From: Myxococcota bacterium
GTDB lineage: Bacteria; Myxococcota_A; Polyangia; Nannocystales; Nannocystaceae
Length of the DNA: 64,000 bases
Direction of reading: 5' to 3'
Assembly (NCBI GenBank): GCA_039028615.1
Contig: JBCCHT010000011.1
Span: 32,001 to 96,000 of the forward strand
Below, in pieces: positions 19,086 through 27,273 of the stretch. Every line of letters starts with the position of its first letter. The stretch's first letter is position 1. Both the position numbers and the translations under genes were made by a program. The notes below the pieces were generated by a model. It worked only from the letters and a program-made list of their open reading frames with translations, searched no databases and was not told the origin of the DNA.

Positions 19086-19865
19086 ATGGTCACGCTACGA
19101 ACGATCGCCCTGGCCTCTGCCGCGCTGTGTGTGTCCTGCAACGGGAGCTCGGCCTCGAGCGCCGACGAAGCCGCCAAGGCCAAGCCTGCCCCGGCGGCCA
19201 CCGCCAAGCCCCGGCCCAAGACACCCACCAACGATCCGCACGCCATCGCCAAGGCCATGGATGCCAAGCCCGAGGTTCCCTTGCCGCCCACCGTGGGAAC
19301 CTTCGACGCCACCATCGATGGCGAGTTCACCCACTTTCTGCGGATGCCCCGGGGGCAGAACCGGGCCGTGGCCATACCCGACCACGGCGTCGCCCGGGTC
19401 AGCGTCGGCGCGGCCGTGGGCCACGAAGGTTGGCCGCACATTCGCCTGACCTTCGAGAACCTCTTCCTCGACGCCGCCGAATTCCCCGTCACCCTACCGA
19501 GCAAAGACAAAGGGCTCGCCGACGTGAGCCTCAAGGTTCGCTACCAGGTCAGCGAGCAGCGGGTCTATGCCGGCGACGCATCGACCATGAAGGTCACCCT
19601 GGAGTCGTGGGTGGGCACCACCCTCAGCGGCACCTTCGAAGGCACGCTGACGCCCACCGCCGCCGGGCTCGGCGACCCCATTCCCGTCTCCGGCAAGTTC
19701 GAGACCAGCCTCGGCTTGCGCGGCGTTCGGCCCGGTCCTTCCCCCGACGGCACGCCCGTCGAGCTCGTCAGCGACGGCCATGCCCTGCACGGCAAGTCGA
19801 GCGTCACGCCTCCGCCGAAGCGCGACGAGAAGGCGCCGGCCGAGCCCGCTCAGCCGCCTTTGTAG
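19086..19865 (+). CDS. Hypothetical lipoprotein
   Basis: Lipobox LCVSC; Ala/Pro/Lys linker. Confidence 0.7.
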   Translation: MVTLRTIALASAALCVSCNGSSASSADEAAKAKPAPAATAKPRPKTPTNDPHAIAKAMDAKPEVPLPPTVGTFDATIDGEFTHFLRMPRGQNRAVAIPDHGVARVSVGAAVGHEGWPHIRLTFENLFLDAAEFPVTLPSKDKGLADVSLKVRYQVSEQRVYAGDASTMKVTLESWVGTTLSGTFEGTLTPTAAGLGDPIPVSGKFETSLGLRGVRPGPSPDGTPVELVSDGHALHGKSSVTPPPKRDEKAPAEPAQPPL

Positions 19866-20203
19866 TAGAAGCGCTCTTTGACGACCTTGCCGTCGCGCCA
19901 CCAGCGGACCGCGACCTCTTCCATCTTCACGCGGCGGCCGTCTTTGAACGTCACGTCGAAGTGCTGCTCGCAGAAGCTCACGTCGCCTCGCACCGCGCTC
20001 ACCCCGATGCCCGCCGAGTGCACCTGCTCGATGCTCCCGAAGAACTCCATCTCGCGCTTGCGGTTGACCTCTTTGCCCTCGAACACCTCGTCGTTCTCCA
20101 TCATCACGACGTCATCGGCGTAGAACTGCTCGAACGCTTCCAGGGCCTTCCCCTGGTTGATCATCTCGTTGAGCGCAGCATCGAGTTGGGCGACATCGGG
20201 CAT
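19850..20203 (-). CDS. SnoaL-like / NTF2 fold protein
   Basis: AFEQFYADDVVMMEN ... MEEVAVRWWRDGKVVKERFYY. Confidence 0.85.
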   Translation of the reverse strand: MPDVAQLDAALNEMINQGKALEAFEQFYADDVVMMENDEVFEGKEVNRKREMEFFGSIEQVHSAGIGVSAVRGDVSFCEQHFDVTFKDGRRVKMEEVAVRWWRDGKVVKERFYYKGG

Positions 20204-20381
20204 GAATCGGCGGTTCCTTGGTCCGAGGTGACGACGGGTACTACGTCACGGGGCACGCAGAATAACGCCTGCCCGGCGACAAACCGCCATCGGAATTCGG
20301 CTGACGCGGCAAAAGGCGATCTCCGGCGGTCTAGGGCCGAGTTTGGCCCCGGCTGGCGCCGGGGCGGAACCCGCGGCAACG

Positions 20382-20951
20382 CTATCGCGACGCGAGGATC
20401 GGGGCCGGCACCGGCAATACGTCGTCGGTTTTCGGCAGGCCGTCCCGGTACATCTGCAGCGAATAGCGGGCCACCTCTCCGCCGTCGACGCGCAGCTCGA
20501 GGGTCAGGGGCACCACCGCCTGCTCACCCGAAAGCTCCGCGGCGGCGTCGGCCAGCGACACCGCGACCGACTCCTGGTGGTCCTCGCCGACGTGCCAGGT
20601 GGTGACGTCGCTGTCGAGCACGCGCGCGTGCTGGTCGACCAGGCGCAGCTCGACCTGGGCGTCGCGCTCGAGGTCGGGGCGATGCACGGCGATCTCACCG
20701 TTCGGGCCGACCTTGAGCTCCCCCGACCGCTTGCCGCCGCCCACGTAGATCGCCCCCGTCGTGAAGTCGACCGCGAGGGCGACCACGCCGGGGATGAGTC
20801 CGGGGATGAACCACAGGATGTCGAGAACCAGCGGGCCCACGTCGATCTGTCCGCCCGAGTTGCCCTTACGCTCCGGGTACAGGAACGTCGCGCAGCTGGA
20901 CAGCAGGCTGAGGGTGACGATGGCGGCAATGCTCCGGCGAACGGCGATCAT
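20382..20951 (-). CDS. Conserved hypothetical lipoprotein
   Basis: LLSSCATFLYPERKG ... IPGVVALAVDFTTGAIY. Confidence 0.7.
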   Translation of the reverse strand: MIAVRRSIAAIVTLSLLSSCATFLYPERKGNSGGQIDVGPLVLDILWFIPGLIPGVVALAVDFTTGAIYVGGGKRSGELKVGPNGEIAVHRPDLERDAQVELRLVDQHARVLDSDVTTWHVGEDHQESVAVSLADAAAELSGEQAVVPLTLELRVDGGEVARYSLQMYRDGLPKTDDVLPVPAPILASR

Positions 20952-21126
20952 CGAGCGGATGATAACGCCCACCGGACATTCGTGGGTGACTCCATGAAAG
21001 CGCGCAGCTCGCCTGGCCGGCCCTCGCCCCGAGCGGCCAAACCGGGGCCGAAGCGCTAGGAACAATGCTCATCGGCGGTGGTGAAAACCCGACACCACTC
21101 CCCGGTATGATGGGAAGGGATCGTTC

Positions 21127-21621
21127 ATGGAGGGTCTCGAGTATCTGCAAGCCCGGCCGGCCCACTGCGTGGCGACGTTTCGCAACGTGGTCTTCGTGTT
21201 CGGTTCGACACCGATGACGAGCACCGATCTGCTCCGGCTCGACACCGCCCTGCAGGAACGGCTCCGCGAGTATCCCGACGGGGTGGGTGTCCTTCGCTGG
21301 GTCCCGCCCGGCGGAGGCGGCCCGGAAGAAGAGGTCCGCCAGCAAGTCATCGAGCTGTTCAAGTCGCTCGGCGATCGACTCCTGGGCTTCGCGACCGTGC
21401 TCGAGGGGTCCGGGTTCTGGGCGAGCGGAGCTCGCAGCGTGCTGCTCGACATCAGCCGACGCAGCGAGTTCACGGCCCCGCTCGAGGTGCTCGACGATGC
21501 CGATGCCGGGGTCCAGTGGCTGGCCGAACGCCTCGGGGCTTCGGAGTCGCTGGCCGATCTGCGCATGGCCGTGGCCCGGGTCAAGACGCGCCTGGCCGAG
21601 CTCGGTCGCGCCCCGAGCTGA
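21127..21621 (+). CDS. Myxobacterial STAS/SEC14-like hypothetical protein
   Basis: ATVLEGSGFWAS..RS and A..WL pattern typical of this expanded family. Confidence 0.65.
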   Translation: MEGLEYLQARPAHCVATFRNVVFVFGSTPMTSTDLLRLDTALQERLREYPDGVGVLRWVPPGGGGPEEEVRQQVIELFKSLGDRLLGFATVLEGSGFWASGARSVLLDISRRSEFTAPLEVLDDADAGVQWLAERLGASESLADLRMAVARVKTRLAELGRAPS

Positions 21622-21650
21622 GCCGCTGGTTTCCGTCGTACAATCGTAGG

Positions 21651-22409
21651 GTGAGCCCGCGCCTCGCCTGCATCGCCCTCCTCGCTTGCTTCAGCTGCGG
21701 CCCCTCGAACACGCCCACCACCACGCCGAGCTCGGGCGACGCCGCTCCTCGCACCGATGGCGATCCGGGTCCCCCCGAAGACACGGTCGCAACGGCGCGA
21801 CAGGCCTTGGCCCCATGGATGCAGGACCTCTTCGACGACTCGCGGCGCCTGGACTATGCGTGGGAGTACGAGGTCGACGTGCACGACGTGGAGGGTTCCG
21901 TGGCCACTGCCGCGGGCACGCTCTCGTGTGCCATGAATCCGCCCACCGAGTACGAGCTCGACGGCGGTGTCACGGCATTGGGCACCTGCCGCACGTGCGA
22001 GTTCGAGGCCAGCGCCGACCAGCCGGAGTCGGCCGACTTCAATCCCACACTCGACGAGTGCTACGTGGGGAGCCGGGAGGGTCTGTGGATCGTCGAGGCC
22101 CTGCCCGCGCCCGGCGACGGCACGCTCGCGACCCTGCTCGACGAGGCGCCCTACCTCGCCTCCGAGCCCGTCGCGCGGCAAGCGGAGCGAGACGGCGAGA
22201 CGGCCGGGCTGCGGGTGGAGTCCACCGCGGTGACCATCGATGGTCAGAAGGCCGAGGCTTGGTGTCGAACCGACGAGTTCGTCGAGATCTACGACCCGAG
22301 CACGAGCCGCTGCTTCGCCGTAGGCCCCGGTCTGTTCGACGCCGCCATGGCCGGGCGCTCGGGGCCTTCCGTCGAGAGCTACGAGTGGGTCCAGGGCCCA
22401 CCCGGGTAG
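21651..22409 (+). CDS. Hypothetical lipoprotein
   Basis: GTG start, lipobox ACFSC. Confidence 0.65.
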   Translation: MSPRLACIALLACFSCGPSNTPTTTPSSGDAAPRTDGDPGPPEDTVATARQALAPWMQDLFDDSRRLDYAWEYEVDVHDVEGSVATAAGTLSCAMNPPTEYELDGGVTALGTCRTCEFEASADQPESADFNPTLDECYVGSREGLWIVEALPAPGDGTLATLLDEAPYLASEPVARQAERDGETAGLRVESTAVTIDGQKAEAWCRTDEFVEIYDPSTSRCFAVGPGLFDAAMAGRSGPSVESYEWVQGPPG

Positions 22410-22517
22410 TTCTCGGTTCTGGCCCCTCGGAGCGTCGTTCCATGCCGATCCGGGGAAGAAGTTCGAGCAGTGTCGAATCTCGGAGGGTTCGACCGTCGTA
22501 GCATCGGAGCCATACCG

Positions 22518-23828
22518 ATGAGCCAGCGAGAGACCGCCGCGTATCCCCCCCGACCCTCGTCCGCCCCCCGGCCGGCCGCGGCCGCGTCGGTCGCCGACAC
22601 GATGATGGCGGACCGCGCGGGCACGGGCTCCGTCGCCGACACGATCGGCGCCGCCACCCAGCTTCAGGGCAGCTCGGTCTCCGCCTCGAGCACCCCCACG
22701 CTCGCCCCCACCACCCGGCCGAGCGTGCTCCCCGAGGTCCGCAGCGAGGGCGACGGGCTCGTGCTCGTGCCCCGCGACAAGACCCGCTACGAGAAACTCT
22801 CCACCCTCGGCCGCGGCGGCATGGGAGAGGTGAAGCTGGCCAGCGACCACGACATCGATCGCAAGGTCGCCATCAAGCGCCTGCTCCAGCCCGACAACAC
22901 CCACGCCGTGGCCCGCTTCGTCGACGAGGTCCGCACCGTGGGCAGCCTCGAGCACCCCAACATCGTGCCGATCCACGACGTGGGCGTGGACGACGACGGG
23001 GCCCTGTTCTTCGTCATGAAGTACGTCGAAGGCGAGACGCTGGCCTCGATCATCGAGCGCCTGCGAGACGGCGACGCCGAGTACCACGCCAAGTACACCT
23101 TCGAGCGCCGCCTGGACTTGTTCGCCGGCCTGCTGCGCGCGCTTCAGTACGCCCACAGTCGCGGACTGGTGCACCGAGACGTCAAGCCCGACAACCTCAT
23201 GGTCGGGGCCTACGGCGAGGTCATCCTGATGGACTGGGGCATCACCCATCAGGTTCGCGGGGAACATCGACCCTACGGCAGCGGCGACGCCACCGAGCGG
23301 GCCGCGGGCGAGACCATGGATGGGGCCGTGATCGGCACCCCCCTGTACATGTCGCCCGAGCAAGCCAAGGGCGACGTGCAGAGCCTCGACGGACGCAGCG
23401 ATCTGTACAGCGCCTTCGTCGTCCTGTGGGAGCTGCTCACGCTGCGGCCCTACGTCACCGAGGGCGAGACGGGCATGGAGACCGTACTCGCGGCGCTTCA
23501 TCGCACGCTGCCATCCATCGCCGACGACGCGTTCGATCATCCGCACCAACCGTCGGTCGCCGTCGAGCTACGGCACTACCTGCGGCACGGCCTCCGCCAC
23601 GACAAGGCCGAGCGCTTCGGCGACGCCGAGGAGGCGTTGTTCCAGCTCGAGCAGGTCCGGGCGGGGGACTTCGCCGTCCAGTGTCCCGTCACCTTCATGA
23701 AGCGCAACAACACCCGCATGGGCCGCTTCATGGATCGGCACCCGGTCGGCTCCCTGTGGCTAGCGGGCTCCACCGCGGCGATGTTCCTGTTCGGCCTCGC
23801 GGGCTGGGTGGCGTTCGCCGCCTCGTAG
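22518..23828 (+). CDS. Serine/threonine protein kinase with C-terminal TM anchor
   Basis: LGRGGMG, VAIK, HPNIV, HRDVKPDN, DWG, GTPLYMSPEQ, SDLYS. Confidence 0.93.
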   Translation: MSQRETAAYPPRPSSAPRPAAAASVADTMMADRAGTGSVADTIGAATQLQGSSVSASSTPTLAPTTRPSVLPEVRSEGDGLVLVPRDKTRYEKLSTLGRGGMGEVKLASDHDIDRKVAIKRLLQPDNTHAVARFVDEVRTVGSLEHPNIVPIHDVGVDDDGALFFVMKYVEGETLASIIERLRDGDAEYHAKYTFERRLDLFAGLLRALQYAHSRGLVHRDVKPDNLMVGAYGEVILMDWGITHQVRGEHRPYGSGDATERAAGETMDGAVIGTPLYMSPEQAKGDVQSLDGRSDLYSAFVVLWELLTLRPYVTEGETGMETVLAALHRTLPSIADDAFDHPHQPSVAVELRHYLRHGLRHDKAERFGDAEEALFQLEQVRAGDFAVQCPVTFMKRNNTRMGRFMDRHPVGSLWLAGSTAAMFLFGLAGWVAFAAS

Positions 23829-23948
23829 GACCCTGGCGCGCTCGGCCAGTAACATGGCGCGCCGGGCGAGTGACGGCGGAGGCAGCGACGACTATGCTGC
23901 GGGCGTGCGGTGCCGACCGAGAGCCTCTCACCGTGAGCGAAGGGCCTG

Positions 23949-25073
23949 ATGGAGGGCATCTTCTCCACCGTACTCATGGTGGCCGGAGCCGTGATCATCG
24001 ACGGCTGGACCGCCTTTGGTGAAGCCCCCGCCGACACGCGGCTCGATCGCATGCAGGCCTCGTCGCAGTGGGACGGCGACGGGTTCGAGAACCCCCAGCC
24101 GCTGTGGAACGACATCCTCGGCGCCGCGTTCACCAACGTCGCCCCCGCACAGGTCCCGTCGGAGCCCTTGCCCGTCGAGGCAGTGCCCGCGAGTCGCTTC
24201 GAGATTCCTCCCGACAGCGGCCTGCGCGTCACCTGGCTCGGCCACTCCACCACCCTCATCGAAATCGACGGCGTACGCGTGCTCACCGATCCGGTCTGGA
24301 GCGAGGTCATCTCCCCGGTGGATTGGGCGGGCCCGCGGCGTTGGTACGCGCCGCCGCTGAAGCTCGAGGACGTCCCCGCGATCGATGCCGTCGTGATCTC
24401 GCACGATCACTACGACCACCTCGACTACCCGACCATCGAGGCCATGCTCGCGTGGGACACCCAGTTCATCGCCCCGCTCGGCGTGGGTGCTCACCTCGAG
24501 TACTGGGGCGTGCCCCCGTCGCGCATCACCGAGCTCGACTGGTGGGAGGAGACCGCGGTCGAGGGCCTCACCATCACCGCCACCCCGGCTCGGCACGCGT
24601 CCGGCCGCCACGTGCTCGACCAAAACCGCACCCTGTGGGCCGGGTACGCGCTCACCTCGACCGAGCATCGCGTGTACTTCTCCGGCGACACCGGGCTGTT
24701 CCCCGCCATGAAGACCATCGGCGAGCGGCTGGGTCCCTTCGACCTCACGATGATCGAAGTCGGGGCCTACGACCAAGGCTGGCCGGACTGGCACATCGGG
24801 CCCGAGCAGGCCGTCCGGGCGCACGAATGGGTGCAAGGGGACGTGCTGCTCCCCATCCACTGGGGGCTGTTCGATCTCGCCAACCACGGCTGGACGGAGC
24901 CCATGGAGCGCGTCGTGGTCGAGGCGGAGAGCCGATGCGTCCCCTTGGCTTCGGTGGTCCCCGGGGGCTCGGTCGAGCCGATCGACGTCATCATCGGACC
25001 CACGCGCTGGTGGCCCTTCGCGCCGTGGCGGCAAGCCTACGACTACCCGGTCATTTCCACGAAAGTGGACTGA
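23949..25073 (+). CDS. MBL-fold metallo-hydrolase (RomA / NAPE-PLD-like)
   Basis: WLGHST, TDPVWS, SHDHYDHLD, FSGDTG, PIHWG. Confidence 0.9.
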   Translation: MEGIFSTVLMVAGAVIIDGWTAFGEAPADTRLDRMQASSQWDGDGFENPQPLWNDILGAAFTNVAPAQVPSEPLPVEAVPASRFEIPPDSGLRVTWLGHSTTLIEIDGVRVLTDPVWSEVISPVDWAGPRRWYAPPLKLEDVPAIDAVVISHDHYDHLDYPTIEAMLAWDTQFIAPLGVGAHLEYWGVPPSRITELDWWEETAVEGLTITATPARHASGRHVLDQNRTLWAGYALTSTEHRVYFSGDTGLFPAMKTIGERLGPFDLTMIEVGAYDQGWPDWHIGPEQAVRAHEWVQGDVLLPIHWGLFDLANHGWTEPMERVVVEAESRCVPLASVVPGGSVEPIDVIIGPTRWWPFAPWRQAYDYPVISTKVD

Positions 25074-25689
25074 GTAGGCGGCCGCCTTCGGGACGACCGC
25101 GGGCGGCGGTTCACCCGCCAACCATCGGTGCCTTCGCGGCGTGAATGTGGCCGTTGCGAGCAGAGTAATCCGCCCGACATCGAGGCAGGACTGCGACGAC
25201 TGCAGCGACACGACCGGATCTTCGCCGACGGTGAGGTCACCCGATCGATTCTCGCAGTCGCAGGGCCGCGAACCTTGCCGGGGCTGAACCGTCTCGCTCG
25301 ATTCGTCACCGACGACGCACCGCTCGGCATGCGGCGGACACTGGCCAACGCATCATCTCGCCCCGACTGCGCCCAGTCGCTCGCCGACGATCGTGATCCC
25401 CTCGTGCCTGCCGAACTGGCATGCACCGCCGAGGCTGAGCAATGAAGGGTTCCGTGAAGTCCACCCGCGGCGATGTGTGAAGGAACGCCCGATGTCGCGA
25501 GTCTCCGCAGAAAAACTCGGGACAACGTTCGTTTTCCGACTAGACCGAGCGCGAACGAAGAGAACCTCGCGTGACCTCCGTTTCCGCCGATCAGGAGCGT
25601 AGCGGAGGGTCGCCTGGACATAGATTGCGATGGATCGAGCGTGGCGTACGAGGGGTCATTGGCCGTCAATCGAGCAAGGGAGACGAGCG

Positions 25690-26085
25690 TTGTTGAACTT
25701 GAGATCCGAGCAGATGGAAGTCCTGCACGAGCTGGAGCTGTCGCCCTATGTGGCAGAACTCGGTGCTACGTTGCGCAGCCGCTTTCCCGACCTGCTGGGC
25801 GCGCTGCCGAGCGAGGCCATGGACGCACGGGTCGTGGGGGGCATGCGCCGCGCCTTCGGCTACGGATTGGTCGGCTTCTCCGACGTCGCGCGCTACCTCA
25901 ACCTCGAGGTGATCTACGGGCCTTCGCTCGAGCGCGGCGAGCCGTGGATGCGACGGATGTTGCGAGACGCATCGGTGGGCAGCCCCCGGCGCCGCCTCGA
26001 TCGCCTCGTGGCCGCATGTGTGCAGTGGCTTCGCATGCAGGAAGCCAGCGCGACCGCTCGCCACAGCTACGGGGGTCGTCAATGA
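25690..26085 (+). CDS. Small helical protein resembling T6SS-locus accessory proteins (DUF4123 C-terminal-like)
   Basis: TTG start after a GGGAG RBS; LNLRSEQM..L ... G..RA..YG....DV.RYL.L pattern. Confidence 0.55.
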   Translation: MLNLRSEQMEVLHELELSPYVAELGATLRSRFPDLLGALPSEAMDARVVGGMRRAFGYGLVGFSDVARYLNLEVIYGPSLERGEPWMRRMLRDASVGSPRRRLDRLVAACVQWLRMQEASATARHSYGGRQ

Positions 26086-27245
26086 CGGTCCGCGCTCGCT
26101 CCCGCCGACCCGACGCCGAGACCCGCGCCCGCCGACGGGGCCGCATCTCCGTGGACAAAGGCAGCGGGACTCCCGACGAGAACTTCACCGTGCCGAGCGA
26201 GCCGGAGGAAGACAAACCGACCGGCCCCGGCCTGAGCATGGCCGACGCGTTGGCCTCGGCCGATGTGAACGCTCGTGTCCCGACCGCCGCCGATCCCTTG
26301 GTCAGCCCCTGCTCTTCGTCCGAGGTCCACGCCATCGAAGTCGAGGTCCACGACCAAGACGGCAAGCCACGCCCGGGCCTCGAAGTGCAGCTGTCCCGCA
26401 ACGACGACGAGGCGCTGCTCGGTGAGACCGACGCCGCCGGATGGGTGCGCTTCGATGGCCTCGAGCCCGGCCGCTACTCGGTGGGACTGCCTGGCATCGA
26501 CAACGCCGCATGGTCGGCCGCCGCTCCCGAGAACCTCCCCGATGACCGCGGCAAGAGCCACGGGAAGGCCCAGTGGGCGTCGCCGAGCCAACCTCCCGGC
26601 CAGACCACCCACACCGTGCAGCCGGGCGAAGGCGTGTATCAGCTCGCCCGCCTCCACGGCATGCTGGTCGAGACCCTGTGGGCGGCCAACGCGGCGCTCC
26701 ACCCCACGCGGGACGACCCCAATATCCTGTCGCCGGGCGACGAGCTGACCATTCCCGCCCGCGAGCTCGGAGCCGAGGCAGTGTCCTCCGGTCAGCGGCT
26801 CACGCTGAAGGTGCAGGAGCCACAGCAGACCCTGGAGCTGCAGTTCATCGACATCGAGGGCAAGCCGCGGGGCGGCGTGCCCTACCTGCTGACCATTCGA
26901 ACGAAATCGGGCGACCTGGTCATCTCGGGCAAGACCGATGGCCAGGGCGCCATCAAGCAGCCCGTGCCGCCCGAGGCGTCACGCGCCACGTTGGCCTTGG
27001 GCCAGGGCGAGCATGCGACGACCTACGAGCTGTCGCTCAACTACCTCGAGCCGGTCGACGGCATCCGGGGTGCCCGAGCCCGGCTGCTCAACCTCGGCTA
27101 CGTGGTGGGGGAAGCTGACGATGAGACGCTCGACCCCATCACCGCCCGGGCGCTGCTCGATTTTCAACGGGACATGAAGCTCGAGCCGAAGGGTCGACTC
27201 GACGACCCGACCCTCGCGAAACTTCGCGAGCTCCACTGCAGCTAG
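26082..27245 (+). CDS. Protein with transthyretin/carboxypeptidase-regulatory-like domains, LysM and C-terminal peptidoglycan-binding domain
   Basis: IEVEVHDQDGKP...GETDAAG; HTVQPGE...LA..HG....LW.AN...PNILSPGDELTIP; RLLNLGY...ALLDFQ...G.LD..T..KL; ATGA overlap. Confidence 0.8.
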   Translation: MTVRARSRRPDAETRARRRGRISVDKGSGTPDENFTVPSEPEEDKPTGPGLSMADALASADVNARVPTAADPLVSPCSSSEVHAIEVEVHDQDGKPRPGLEVQLSRNDDEALLGETDAAGWVRFDGLEPGRYSVGLPGIDNAAWSAAAPENLPDDRGKSHGKAQWASPSQPPGQTTHTVQPGEGVYQLARLHGMLVETLWAANAALHPTRDDPNILSPGDELTIPARELGAEAVSSGQRLTLKVQEPQQTLELQFIDIEGKPRGGVPYLLTIRTKSGDLVISGKTDGQGAIKQPVPPEASRATLALGQGEHATTYELSLNYLEPVDGIRGARARLLNLGYVVGEADDETLDPITARALLDFQRDMKLEPKGRLDDPTLAKLRELHCS

Positions 27246-27273
27246 CCGCCGCCCCTTCGTAGGAAAACAACAG

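Noticed and set aside
21069..23549. 826-aa minus-strand ORF
   Set aside because: Overlaps three credible + strand genes including the kinase; no motifs.
25128..25445. 105-aa ORF with HEAT-like LADDRDPLV
   Set aside because: No RBS and weak codon bias; at most a decayed fragment, not supportable as a gene.
25615..25630. TGGACATAGATTGC as a sigma54 promoter for the PLD cassette
   Set aside because: GG-to-GC spacing is 9, not the required 10.
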